In this document: in pieces, positions 19,624 to 30,104 of the stretch
Numbering within the stretch: position 1 is the first letter of the stretch
Layout of the letters: the number at the start of each line of letters is the position of its first letter
From: a virus
Lineage: Duplodnaviria > Caudoviricetes
Virus record (IMG/VR): IMGVR_UViG_3300015214_000001
Span: 1-64,000 of that record
Length of the DNA stretch: 64,000 bases
Direction: 5' to 3' (one strand)
The notes under the pieces: generated by a model
The model's database searches: none
Told to the model about the DNA's origin: nothing
What the model saw: the letters and a program-made list of their open reading frames with translations, nothing else
Made by a program: the position numbers and the translations under genes

Positions 19624-19842
19624 TTAACCGTTGCTAGGTAATAATCGCCTACGGTTTGCCTTGACGGATTGCTCATAATACCCGTAGACTCGATCATTGC
19701 CATTGTTAGCGCCTTGATTGCCGATAATCAAATAACCGTTATCGTGTGGCGTGATGACATTAACATCAATGCCACGCCTGCTTAAGTCATTGTGGACACG
19801 CGCCACACGGAAAATATTTAATAACATTCTTACCAAAAACAT
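19624..19842 (-). CDS. Small hypothetical protein
   Basis: 72 aa ORF downstream of TTGACT-17-TAAAAT promoter. Confidence 0.55.
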   Translation of the reverse strand: MFLVRMLLNIFRVARVHNDLSRRGIDVNVITPHDNGYLIIGNQGANNGNDRVYGYYEQSVKANRRRLLPSNG

Positions 19843-19919
19843 AACAAAATACCCCTATCCCATAAATTATCACTTATGGGACATTTTACCGCACAACCGT
19901 TCTAAAGTCAAGCGCCCTA

Positions 19920-21020
19920 AAACCCCATATCGCTAATGCCGATGAAATACCAATCTAAATTTTTAGAACAAAATTCTTATTCAATAAAACCCCTATTACA
20001 AACTAACTATCATGTAAATTGTTAATGTAGTATTGACAATTGATAGAAAATTCTAACAATTCGTCACAAATGTTCTAATTTTAGGTATAAGGATATACTA
20101 ATAAATCGAGGTTAATTCGTATTTTAACAGAACAAATTTTCGTAGAACAAATTTTCGGGGAAAAAAGTAACCCCGCCACGCACGTTCCGCGCTGTGGGGC
20201 TTCGCCGTTGCATAGCAACGTACATGAGATCATTGATAGATAATATCAAAAGTAAGATCAATAATGTAAGGATATGCAACAAGTCATCAGGGGATTAATG
20301 GTGGTGGTTAGTATCGGCATGTGTGGTCAATCAACGATAAATAACAGTAAGCGTAAGGGGAAAACAAGTGGATATGAGTTGATGGAATACTCGACATAGG
20401 GGTTAGTTGATAAGGCATTACCTATATACGGAATAAGTGCGTATTGCATGAAGGTTAATTGGATGTTGGATAAGTTGGGATAAATGTTGGATAGTGTGGG
20501 ATAATATCGGCTTATAATGGGTTGCAAAATATTTTATAGGGTATGCAAAAATAATGTTTATCGGGGCTTTATAAATTGCACTTATTATGGGTATATTCAA
20601 GGTCTATTTGCATTTAAAACGCTTATGTGTTGTCTATAGACATAAATGCGTTAAATATGGCTTATATCGGCACATAGAAGGTTTAGTCATCGTATGGGAT
20701 ATTAGCGATTATGCTATACAGTATATTATGGTAAGTGATTGCATAATGGACATATAGGCTTTACGTATATCTATATTGTTGATAGTCGTTATATCTGTAT
20801 ATACGGTGAAGTGTGTGCAATGTGTGTATTATGTGTTGTATTGCATATAGGGGTTATTGGCAGATGGTGGATGTCAGCGCAGGAATAAATAATAGGCATA
20901 GTGGATAAGAGTGTTTGTTAGTCGATTTGCAATGACTTAGCTGATGGTTTGATTTATCGACTATACCTATTAGGTTAAGCGTCTACATATATAGCTTATC
21001 GGTAACGCTTTTTGAATGGA
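19920..21020. other. Long non-coding region (candidate origin or genome terminus/packaging site)
   Basis: No credible ORF; tandem AGAACAAATTTTCG x2 (20129-20157), GC-rich island, GTTGGATAA-like repeats, G/T strand bias. Confidence 0.4.
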
Positions 21021-21033
21021 TGATAATGGCCTC

Positions 21034-21867
21034 TTATATCATCGTAAATATACCTATTATCAACATAACAGTCATAACGATAAGCGCTAAGAATGCCCAT
21101 ACTCCCATTAGCCATAATGTTGCTTGCACAATAAACGTTAGCGGATCATTGCGGAACGCAGCTTTTAATCGTATCCATCGAATCATCAAGGGTTGGTCGG
21201 CATACTTTTCCTCAAGCTCATAATCTCTTTCTGGATAGCCGAGCCGCCGACGGTAAGCATTTTCGCTATCGTTGCGTCTGCGTTCTTCTTCTTTCAATTT
21301 GTAATCACAACCTTCCTCAACAGATCGCATCAGCTTATCAATAATTTCATCAGGCATGTTTGCTCCATCTTCATCAATGCGGCGTTCTGTTTTATTGCGG
21401 ATGGTTCGCAACTGCTCTACGATCAATTCATCTTGACCGAGAAAACTATTACGCCCTATTTGATAAAATTTATCCGTTAAGATCGCCTCGGCTTCTGGAA
21501 AAACATATAGCGCCGTGTCATTATCAAGCAGACGTGAAGAATTATACTTGAAATAATGCCGATCAAATATAAACCACTCTGTTCTTTCGTTGCCCTTATA
21601 TCTGGAATTGCGGTTTTTGCCACGCACCCGATAAACATCATCGGCAACTTCTTCAATCGGCACGCCCCTGCTTACACTTAACATCGCCATATATTGATGC
21701 GCTTGGTCTATGTCGTCAATACGTGTATCAATGAATGTCGCGTTGTCATATAGTGAAATAATGCCACTGAATGGGAGAGTAGAACGAACAGCCATCGCTT
21801 TTATGTCTATGTCGGCAGTGCTACCAGTTGTTGCGTTATCATACATCGTGTGTCCTTTCACTTTCAA
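21034..21867 (-). CDS. Hypothetical membrane protein, family A paralog
   Basis: TEWFIFDRHYF motif; C-terminal hydrophobic helix. Confidence 0.8.
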   Translation of the reverse strand: MKVKGHTMYDNATTGSTADIDIKAMAVRSTLPFSGIISLYDNATFIDTRIDDIDQAHQYMAMLSVSRGVPIEEVADDVYRVRGKNRNSRYKGNERTEWFIFDRHYFKYNSSRLLDNDTALYVFPEAEAILTDKFYQIGRNSFLGQDELIVEQLRTIRNKTERRIDEDGANMPDEIIDKLMRSVEEGCDYKLKEEERRRNDSENAYRRRLGYPERDYELEEKYADQPLMIRWIRLKAAFRNDPLTFIVQATLWLMGVWAFLALIVMTVMLIIGIFTMI

Positions 21868-21907
21868 TACAAATCAATAACGATAATATATGGAAACGGT
21901 TCTGTAG

Positions 21908-22507
21908 CTATAGTAATGACCAGTTAAAAATACGTTTCAGCCGATACATCAGTGACGGTTTTCCTTTCGCTGGTTTTGTCATAATGCCTTTCTCATAAGC
22001 CAGAAACAATTTGTTAAATTCCCCTGCTATGAAGCCGCCGCGTTTCGACCTGCTATCTATGCTTGTCCAAGCATCGTCAAAATACTTGCGGCGCATGTGT
22101 CGCCATAAGTATTCTCGCCTTCCCCCTAATGAATTTGCACTGGTGGGCAGATGAAATTCATTTTCATTACACCCAAGTCGATAAAACAAGTCATGTAAAG
22201 CTACTTCAGATTCTGGAAGGATATAGGTGTCCTTGCTTTCAGGGTAATTATGAGGGAGACGAAAGTTTGCGCGGTTAAATAAAAACCATTCTGACTTAAC
22301 ATCGCTCGATGGACTGACAATTACATATACGCCATCGGTAATTTCTTCAATGGGTGCTTTCATCGCATCCGATAGCCTAGCCATATATTCATGTGCCGCA
22401 TCGACATTATCATAGTCCCCGACCATCGTAATGTTATCGCTGGATGGGATAATGCCCAATAACTTGAAGTTTGATTTATAGAAGTCTACATTCGCGCGGT
22501 TTGTCAT
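21908..22507 (-). CDS. Hypothetical protein, family A paralog
   Basis: SSDVKSEWFLFNR motif. Confidence 0.85.
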   Translation of the reverse strand: MTNRANVDFYKSNFKLLGIIPSSDNITMVGDYDNVDAAHEYMARLSDAMKAPIEEITDGVYVIVSPSSDVKSEWFLFNRANFRLPHNYPESKDTYILPESEVALHDLFYRLGCNENEFHLPTSANSLGGRREYLWRHMRRKYFDDAWTSIDSRSKRGGFIAGEFNKLFLAYEKGIMTKPAKGKPSLMYRLKRIFNWSLL

Positions 22508-22570
22508 GATATTTCCCTTTATCTTGATTATTTAATGTCTGTTGATATTGATATTGCTTACTGTCTGACC

Positions 22571-23080
22571 TTACCACTGCGCCATTTTCAGGTAATCTGT
22601 AATGTTCTTCTCACGACCCATCTCATATGCGTGGACTAACTCATTAATCTGATCTTCGCTAAGGTGCTTATCGGCTGGATCAATGATGTTTTGTCGCGCA
22701 AAATCCTGCGTATTGGTTGGACTTTCCTCATTCGGATCGTTGTAACCAAGCAAGTAGAATTCACTTTTCAGCCGCTTTTCACCTTCTGGCAAAACAACGC
22801 ATTTAATACTGATGTCATTAACCTGATGTTGCGCGTTGAAATTGAAATAGTCGCGGTAAAATAAAAACCACTCCGACTTAACATCACTTGATTGGCTCAA
22901 GATCATGTAAACCCCCGCGTCAACTGCCATCGGTCTTGATTTCATCTCAGTGGATAATTCATTCATTTTCCGATAGAGGTCGTCGGCTTCAAGCACTGAC
23001 GATGCTGTTGTGACATTATCACACGACAAGATGATACCATGTTGATTGAATAACCCTTTACGCATTTCAAATGTTGCCAT
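22571..23080 (-). CDS. Hypothetical protein, family A paralog
   Basis: SSDVKSEWFLFYR motif. Confidence 0.85.
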   Translation of the reverse strand: MATFEMRKGLFNQHGIILSCDNVTTASSVLEADDLYRKMNELSTEMKSRPMAVDAGVYMILSQSSDVKSEWFLFYRDYFNFNAQHQVNDISIKCVVLPEGEKRLKSEFYLLGYNDPNEESPTNTQDFARQNIIDPADKHLSEDQINELVHAYEMGREKNITDYLKMAQW

Positions 23081-23134
23081 GTTGTTGCTCCTTTGTTGTT
23101 GATGCTTCGGATAGAAAATGATCTTTAATAATGC

Positions 23135-23518
23135 TTATACAACAATTGTGATGTCGCGGTGTGGCATTGCACATAAAACCATGTTGCGAATATCTGGATA
23201 AATCTGCATTTGTGATAATGAGCCACCACCGTTAGCATAATCTTTCAAGAATTGTTCTGTTGCAAAACTTTGCAACGGCTCTGGTAATTGCTCGACAATA
23301 TGCTGAGGATATGTCCAACTAGGAAGGTAAAAAGTGATCTTTTGAGGATCATCGTGTGGCGGATCATCATTTGGTGTGATTTTATTACATAACAATAGCT
23401 CACGCAATTCTTGTTCTGTAATGTTCGCTTTCTCACCATTAATCAAGACATCAATGTTTGACAAAGGGTGATTGAAGATAAGATCAACTAGAATGCCTAC
23501 TTTTACTACGATTTGCAT
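23135..23518 (-). CDS. Hypothetical protein, family B paralog
   Basis: LVDLIF / IVEQLPEPLQSF. Confidence 0.85.
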   Translation of the reverse strand: MQIVVKVGILVDLIFNHPLSNIDVLINGEKANITEQELRELLLCNKITPNDDPPHDDPQKITFYLPSWTYPQHIVEQLPEPLQSFATEQFLKDYANGGGSLSQMQIYPDIRNMVLCAMPHRDITIVV

Positions 23519-23532
23519 AATGTTCTGTCCTA

Positions 23533-23925
23533 TTAAACTTCTTCCTGTGTGTGTCGTTTAAATTCAATGATCTTGGGGAGCGCATGCAAAAGGATGCCAC
23601 GCACGGGGTTATATCCGCACCAAAATAACGCCAGTGCGTAATGTTCATCTAAGCATTTCTTCCAGAAGTCGAGCGTTGAAAAACTTCTCAGCGGTTCAGG
23701 AAATTGTTCGACAATATATGGCGGGTATAGAGTGATGAAATAAGATGGGAAGATTCCTAGCTGGTCTGGTCTGGTGAGATGTTCATGAGTGCCACGCAAT
23801 AATCCATCTAACGTAGGCATCGTGATTTCTTTCGCCACACCATCTACCCACACTGTAATCGGCGCAGGGTGTTGATACTGGAACACAAGATCGACTAGAT
23901 TTTCAGCACTTACTCTAATAATCAT
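23533..23925 (-). CDS. Hypothetical protein, family B paralog
   Basis: AENLVDLVF / IVEQFPEPLRSF. Confidence 0.85.
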   Translation of the reverse strand: MIIRVSAENLVDLVFQYQHPAPITVWVDGVAKEITMPTLDGLLRGTHEHLTRPDQLGIFPSYFITLYPPYIVEQFPEPLRSFSTLDFWKKCLDEHYALALFWCGYNPVRGILLHALPKIIEFKRHTQEEV

Positions 23926-23948
23926 GGTAATCCTTTTTATTATGCTGC

Positions 23949-24359
23949 TTATCTTGGCATAGTAGGAACATCAGGGACTGTTAACATCATTGGTTTTATG
24001 TCAACAGTTTCAGGCAACGCACATAAAAGAATGTTATACACGGTGTTATATCCGTGCCAAAACAACTCCATGCTGTAATCTTCACCTAAGTATTTTCTCC
24101 AAAAGTCAACCTTCGCAAGGCTTCTCAGCGGCTCGGGGAATTGTTCAACAATAGATGATGAGAATAACGCAACGTGATAAATTTCTAAGCCACTGGATTC
24201 GGTAAGGTTATCATTATCTCCATGTAGTAAGTTGATTAAACCATCCATTGTGACTTCCTTCGGCTCACCATCAACCCATACTGTAAATAGTTCAGCAGTA
24301 TCTTTGGCTCGAAATACAAGATCAACTAGGTTTTCAGCTTTAACTCTAATCACCATCAA
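23949..24359 (-). CDS. Hypothetical protein, family B paralog
   Basis: AENLVDLVF / IVEQFPEPLRSL. Confidence 0.85.
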   Translation of the reverse strand: MMVIRVKAENLVDLVFRAKDTAELFTVWVDGEPKEVTMDGLINLLHGDNDNLTESSGLEIYHVALFSSSIVEQFPEPLRSLAKVDFWRKYLGEDYSMELFWHGYNTVYNILLCALPETVDIKPMMLTVPDVPTMPR

Positions 24360-24434
24360 TGCCCTTCCATTATTTTGCTATCGGCATTTATTTTACTTCA
24401 ATCTCACCAGATGTCAAATAGGGGTAATAAACGC

Positions 24435-24458
24435 AAAAACGTGGAACTCCACGTTTTT
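24435..24458. repeat. 24-bp palindrome, copy 5
   Basis: AAAAACGTGGAACTCCACGTTTTT. Confidence 0.95.
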
Positions 24459-24490
24459 GATTGGCTATCTAATTCGGCAATACTTCTGCT

Positions 24491-24838
24491 CTAAAGATGA
24501 ATAGTGACATATCCTTGTTCATTGTCGAGCGCTAACACCATAATATCCGACTTCTGAACCTTAGCTGTCTGTGCAAGCGCGGTCAAGAAGTCGGGTTCAG
24601 CAAACCACGCCAGCGTATTGGGAAGTTGGCATCTGACTTTAGGTGGAAGCACCCACACCTTAACTTGCTTACCATTATTATCAACTGGGATAAAATGTTT
24701 ACCTGGGTTGAGCAGATCACGAAGTTGATCTAAATCCAACACCCTAACCTCTCTATCAACAAAGACTTGAGACGAAGTAAAAGGCTCATTAAATACCAAG
24801 TTGACTAATGTGTTATATAGCACGCTAATCTGTGTCAT
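24491..24838 (-). CDS. Hypothetical protein, diverged family B paralog
   Basis: LVNLVFN / QLPNTLAWFA; start reassigned to MTQISV. Confidence 0.75.
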   Translation of the reverse strand: MTQISVLYNTLVNLVFNEPFTSSQVFVDREVRVLDLDQLRDLLNPGKHFIPVDNNGKQVKVWVLPPKVRCQLPNTLAWFAEPDFLTALAQTAKVQKSDIMVLALDNEQGYVTIHL

Positions 24839-25232
24839 TTTGTTGTGCCTTTCTCTGTTTATCGTAATAGGGGTTAACCCCGTAAGAATACCACCAGTTC
24901 GGAAATCCATCTCCTGGCCAGCCATGATCTCCGAATGATCTTCGGGAACGCTTCAAATATCCGTCTTTGTATAATCGACTTAACCACCGATTGAAAGCAT
25001 AGCAACGGCAAAAATGACAAACATCAGATTCTTTCGCTTTGTAATCAAACATCAGCGCAAATTCTAAGTGTAGCTCACTGTTAATCGTGTCGATCTCACC
25101 TATGCCACTCTCATCAATTTTCTGAATAACCCACCTTTTAATACCATCGTATTTTGTTTCGTCGTTTGCAGAATCCCACACTTCTATTTGAAGCGTTTTG
25201 TCTAATAAACGCGCCTCTATTAAATGTGTCAT
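24825..25232 (-). CDS. Hypothetical protein (possible winged-helix)
   Basis: 135 aa; RWLSRLYKDGYLKRSR. Confidence 0.7.
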   Translation of the reverse strand: MTHLIEARLLDKTLQIEVWDSANDETKYDGIKRWVIQKIDESGIGEIDTINSELHLEFALMFDYKAKESDVCHFCRCYAFNRWLSRLYKDGYLKRSRRSFGDHGWPGDGFPNWWYSYGVNPYYDKQRKAQQNDTD

Positions 25233-26290
25233 GATGATAGCTCTTTAATGATGTCAACCAACGTCATGTCATTAAGGCGTTTAGCCCGATTATCATGACG
25301 TTCATGGAGATGATAATCTTCTAAACTAGGTGGAATGATGTTAGGGTTATCAAAGAAACAAATATCTAGCAACGTCATATACGCTTGAATGGTTGGGTAA
25401 TCACCTGTGATAGTTGTTGATGGATCAGCAGAAAACCATAGTACATAGGGCGCATCTTCGTCAGTTGCGTTATAACTTAGAAAAATAAGGCTGTCACTAT
25501 CAATCTGAATATCACTAACATCGTGACTAATTCCGCGACATACTACCAACTTTTCAAAGGTCTTTGCACGATGCAATGCCATATTGATACTAGCAAACTG
25601 TGATACAATGACGCGCATATCATTGCCTTTTTTTGCTATATATTTTTGTTCCTTCAAGAATTCTCGTATCACATAGACGTAAATCTGTTTTCCTGCTGAA
25701 TGTTCGCTCGCGTCGGCATCCAGCAAATCAAATATATCAAAGCTACGTTTAGTCGGCTTAATCTCGATACCTGCCTCTTTAGCGATGCGGATGGCATGAT
25801 CCATGTAGGGCATAAACCGCGATTTTCCATAGTAGTTAAGAGTCTTATAAAAAACATAAAAGGGACTATACGCTTTCTCTATAGCAATGTCCGCATCATA
25901 TGTTTCTTTATCTGGGGTGAGTTGCTCCACACATCGCAGTATCTCTCTATTGAAGTTTTGGCGCAATCCATCACGATAAGAATTAGTTTCTTCTTGCGTT
26001 GGTTTTGTCACCCATTCACTAATGTTTGATAAATCTCCCATATAAATAGGAGCTGATGGGATGCTGCTAATAAGCGCTTCACCATATACTTTAACTAACC
26101 CGCAAATGTCGGCACGAGACATACGAATGTATTGCCGATACCGTTTCAACTTACCGATGCAATCGGCAATAATAATGTCTGGTGTTCTAATATTTCTCAG
26201 AAGTGATCCTGCGCTACCTTTAATGCTCTCAAGCAAAAGGTGTTCGATTGCTAGAGATTCTGATACTGATAACGGGTTGTACTTCAACAT
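25229..26290 (-). CDS. Hypothetical protein, family C paralog
   Basis: 353 aa; FYKTLNYYGKSRF, MTLLDICF. Confidence 0.8.
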   Translation of the reverse strand: MLKYNPLSVSESLAIEHLLLESIKGSAGSLLRNIRTPDIIIADCIGKLKRYRQYIRMSRADICGLVKVYGEALISSIPSAPIYMGDLSNISEWVTKPTQEETNSYRDGLRQNFNREILRCVEQLTPDKETYDADIAIEKAYSPFYVFYKTLNYYGKSRFMPYMDHAIRIAKEAGIEIKPTKRSFDIFDLLDADASEHSAGKQIYVYVIREFLKEQKYIAKKGNDMRVIVSQFASINMALHRAKTFEKLVVCRGISHDVSDIQIDSDSLIFLSYNATDEDAPYVLWFSADPSTTITGDYPTIQAYMTLLDICFFDNPNIIPPSLEDYHLHERHDNRAKRLNDMTLVDIIKELSS

Positions 26291-26386
26291 ATTGGCTTAT
26301 TCTTTCTTTATAGGCAGTATGTAACTAGGTTTTTACCTATTATGCGTCATTTAGTTACATACTACCACTGCTGTTTTAATTTGTCA

Positions 26387-27403
26387 CTAGCTTTTTTGTG
26401 GAATTAGATAAGCGATCACATCTTCCATAGATACACTTGAAAGTTGATAAACCATATCTTCATTGGTGGTCATCAGTTCAGATAATGGTTTATTATTGTA
26501 TGCGACTTCCAATAGTAGCAAATGCGATTCAATCAACTTTTGATTTGCGGTAATGTCTTGAGTATAGAATGTTAGCCTATACATATCAGTGTCTTTTTTG
26601 TCTCGTGCTAACCATACCCGTACATCATCCCAATCACCATCATTGCCCTCTGCATCGCATGAACGACCACGTAGTTCAACATATCCTCCGAGTGGCTGTT
26701 CATCCAGTTGAGAAAATGCTTCTTTAATATTCGATGCAATTGTCATTTGGTGGTGTAGTAAACCGTTGTATTTCCATTGATCGTTTAGATAGCGCCGAAT
26801 AGCATAAAGATAAATCAGTTCGCCTTTACTCATGTTTACTTCGCTATCAATGTTGCCTATGGTTGGATTGTTGACTGAAATGATTTCAACTTCTTCTCGC
26901 CTTGCCAGTTCAACTGCCCATTCTGCATATGGTGTAAAATGAGCTTTAGCGATATAGTTCAATTCTCTGTAAAAGTCATGAAATGCGTCATATGCCAATT
27001 TGCGGTTGAGTTTCCGATTGATGTATAAGTCATCAATGAGAAATAATGTGTGTTTGCGGTAGAATTCAATATCACGTAAATCTTTGTCAAATGGAATGAC
27101 TTTATTATAATGCTTAATAACCTGAACCATGTAGCTTTCAACTAATGGGATTAGGTCTTGGTAGACTACTCGGTTTTCAAGATTATAGTGAGTAATAACG
27201 TGGCTCATCCTTTGCAACGCCCTTAACGTCATATCACGCGGACTGTCGCTTTCTGACCAAAGATAGTAGCTTGACGAGAAAAAAGACGATAGCTTAAGTG
27301 CATCGGCAAATGCGACACGGACAATAGCCTCAAATCCATCACTCGATAGCGATGGCCACATAACATATGGTTCGATGTCTTGCTGTTTTCTAAAGCGTTT
27401 CAT
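26387..27403 (-). CDS. Hypothetical protein, family C paralog
   Basis: 338 aa; FYRELNYIAKAHF, AFSQLD. Confidence 0.8.
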   Translation of the reverse strand: MKRFRKQQDIEPYVMWPSLSSDGFEAIVRVAFADALKLSSFFSSSYYLWSESDSPRDMTLRALQRMSHVITHYNLENRVVYQDLIPLVESYMVQVIKHYNKVIPFDKDLRDIEFYRKHTLFLIDDLYINRKLNRKLAYDAFHDFYRELNYIAKAHFTPYAEWAVELARREEVEIISVNNPTIGNIDSEVNMSKGELIYLYAIRRYLNDQWKYNGLLHHQMTIASNIKEAFSQLDEQPLGGYVELRGRSCDAEGNDGDWDDVRVWLARDKKDTDMYRLTFYTQDITANQKLIESHLLLLEVAYNNKPLSELMTTNEDMVYQLSSVSMEDVIAYLIPQKS

Positions 27404-28384
27404 AACGACTTACCCCCCTGATCTTTTTTATTTGGCTCAACATTAGGCTTTTCTTTATCCATATATGAAGTTGCAATTAAAGTTGCTACTTCATCGGCAG
27501 GCAGCGTCGTATAACCGACAGATAGTAATATCATCACTGACGCGCAATGTTCGTGGTTGTCAGTAAGCGAAAATAACCTTTCACCTGTCATAATATCTCG
27601 CACAGTTAGGGTATATGTGTCACCCTCATCAACCTTTTGAAGTTGAATTGAGCAAACAATGGAATCACTTACCCCAATCAACGATCCTTGTTGCTCAGAG
27701 TTGCCCTGCTCACCATCTAACTGACTGAAAGCGATGTCAACACAATCGGCTGTGAATAACTGCAAATTGCAGTGTTCTTCTTCAAACCGTTCTATTGCTT
27801 GTTTATGAATATGAGCCAATATAGTAGGGTCATAATCGGCAGACTGTTTGAGTAGATCAATATATTCCAGTGAAGCCTTTTGCATGTCCTCAACATATGG
27901 GACAAATAAGGTCTTGCCGATAATACTGAGTTGAGCATGATAACGATATAACTCAGCGTTATCATGGTAATATGCGGGTTTATCATACAGCAACGGAAAT
28001 ACTTCTGGATTTAAGCCAGCAACAAGTTTGTGAAGCACAGCTTGTCGGGGGGAGGATAATTTTGATGCGGTCTATCGTTGAATCTATCGTTGAAAGTGTG
28101 TCATCATGATTGTGTTTGTCATTTGCTCGATCAGCAAAAGCACAGAATAACCTATACATCTCATAAACCTGCGCTCGTCTAAGATGAGGCAAAATATACC
28201 GACGGTTGCTTAAGCCAAACCCTAAAGCCATTTTAAATAATTCTCCATCTGATTTGTTTTGCTTTTCCGTTGGAAAGCCGCGCCAATTCTTTCCTAACAC
28301 ACCAGCATTTTCAAACAAATAAGTTAATGCCTCAAGTTCTTTGTCTGTTAAAGGGGTTAGTGGAATACTGTGTATAATGGGCAT
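27400..28384 (-). CDS. Hypothetical protein, family C paralog, split by frameshift at C6 tract
   Basis: ORFs 27983-28384 and 27400-28038 fuse if 28047-28052 is 5 or 8 nt, giving a family-typical length. Confidence 0.7.
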
Positions 28385-28397
28385 TTCAATCTCTCCT

Positions 28398-29222
28398 TTA
28401 ATCGAGACAGGCGGCTAATGTATCAACGGTTGTTTCGTGTAAGCAACACACATCTAACATAGTCAGAATAGCTGTGATAAATGTGCGACTACCCGTAGCG
28501 GCATTCTTTACATCAACTGTATCTTCATCGCGGCAGCTAAGGATATATTGATCTGGGCCTTCCATAGTTAGTGTATATTGCTTGCCATAACTACCACTAA
28601 TACCTAGTAAATCAACTGATGGTTGAGTAGCAGCATCATTCGCTTTAGCTTCATCCAACAACTGAAAAGCTAGATTGATCGCATCAACGCGATAGACAGC
28701 ATAAGGTGGATAATCTTCCTTGAATTTAGCAATCACATTAGCAACAACTTTTAGCACAACAGACTCTATAAGAAGCGTTTGATCTTTTTCTTGGATGCGT
28801 TTTCTGAACAGTTGTTTTCCCACGCCATTTAATTGACTATAAAACACTGCTAAATCAGCGAAAATATCAGTATTCAGAGCAGGGAAATCGCCAGCTTGTC
28901 TCATTTCATCTAACTTCTTTTGATATTGCTCTTTATTCAGCGGATTGCTGGAAATAACCGCAGCATACGCGCTAACGAGCGAAAATAATTCTTCTTCATT
29001 AATCCTCGAGATACATGCTAATGAAGAAGCCCATTTCAGACCAGTGTAAATGCTTCCGTGGTAAACCACATCCAGAAATAAATCAAAATCTGCTGATGAA
29101 TATACAGCAATATATGTCAAGAATTGCTTTAATGCCTCAAGCTCATCGTCAGCTAATGGGTGTGACATTTGAGGTGTGAAGTTTTTTAATTCATCAAATA
29201 ATGTTTGCAAGTTATTGCTCAT
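28398..29222 (-). CDS. Hypothetical protein, family C paralog
   Basis: PLADDELEAL, FYSQLNGVGKQLF, LAFQLLD. Confidence 0.8.
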   Translation of the reverse strand: MSNNLQTLFDELKNFTPQMSHPLADDELEALKQFLTYIAVYSSADFDLFLDVVYHGSIYTGLKWASSLACISRINEEELFSLVSAYAAVISSNPLNKEQYQKKLDEMRQAGDFPALNTDIFADLAVFYSQLNGVGKQLFRKRIQEKDQTLLIESVVLKVVANVIAKFKEDYPPYAVYRVDAINLAFQLLDEAKANDAATQPSVDLLGISGSYGKQYTLTMEGPDQYILSCRDEDTVDVKNAATGSRTFITAILTMLDVCCLHETTVDTLAACLD

Positions 29223-29225
29223 TTT

Positions 29226-30071
29226 TTATTTTCCTTCTTCTGATTGATGGAAGCTAATTAATGGAATTGTCGGCTCTGTGGCAAAACACACATTCATCAA
29301 ATGCAATAATGCACGCATATCGTCGCCATAACCAAGCGCGATGTTAATGTGTGTATTTGTAAAGGCATCCATAATATATGCTGTATAAGTATCAGGCTGA
29401 TCGCCGTAATGAACCCCTTTAAAGAGATTGATTTTGCAGATTGTTGAATCATTCGTTATGCCAAATAAAACAACAGGATGTAATGCGCCCATTTTATCTA
29501 GTTCATCGAATGCAAGTTCAACCACAGTGTGGCAATAGATGTGCTTTTCTTCATCCACCTTTTCTAAAAAGGTGTCGATCATATCATGTGGCTGGATTTC
29601 TTTTTCATTTCCACCCAGTGACTTGATGTATTCGGCAAATCTCAACTCACCAAGCATATTGAAGTATTGGGCGCGATAGGTATTTTGTTTTGGACGTAGT
29701 TGCGGGAATTTGCCATCACGCTGCATATCCTCTAACACGTCATCAAATATTTGACGAGATGATACTACTCCATTCCTGCCTCGCAATTCAGGGTTTTTCC
29801 ACACCACACCAACGAAATAGCTTTGCACAAGTGTGTATAAGCGTTCCTTATCAAGCATATCAGCATGACGCAATTTCGATGCCAGCGTTAATGCGTTGGC
29901 TATCAAATCTTTGATGTTATTCGCTTTAGGGGATGTATTTTTCAAAAAAGCCTCAAACACTGGCCCATCATATGTTCCCACTTCATTGGAAAACCTATTA
30001 AACATGCGGTTTAATGCTAAGGATTCATAGCTATTCGCTGATCGTCTAGCAAGGGGTGAACAATACTTCAT
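29226..30071 (-). CDS. Hypothetical protein, family C paralog
   Basis: LAFDELD, LHLMNVCF. Confidence 0.8.
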   Translation of the reverse strand: MKYCSPLARRSANSYESLALNRMFNRFSNEVGTYDGPVFEAFLKNTSPKANNIKDLIANALTLASKLRHADMLDKERLYTLVQSYFVGVVWKNPELRGRNGVVSSRQIFDDVLEDMQRDGKFPQLRPKQNTYRAQYFNMLGELRFAEYIKSLGGNEKEIQPHDMIDTFLEKVDEEKHIYCHTVVELAFDELDKMGALHPVVLFGITNDSTICKINLFKGVHYGDQPDTYTAYIMDAFTNTHINIALGYGDDMRALLHLMNVCFATEPTIPLISFHQSEEGK

Positions 30072-30104
30072 AATTATTGCCTTTCCTACTCAGATTATTT
30101 GTAA

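Noticed and set aside
20327-20600. Two short ORFs in the non-coding region
   Set aside because: They have low-complexity composition derived from the repeats and no convincing RBS.
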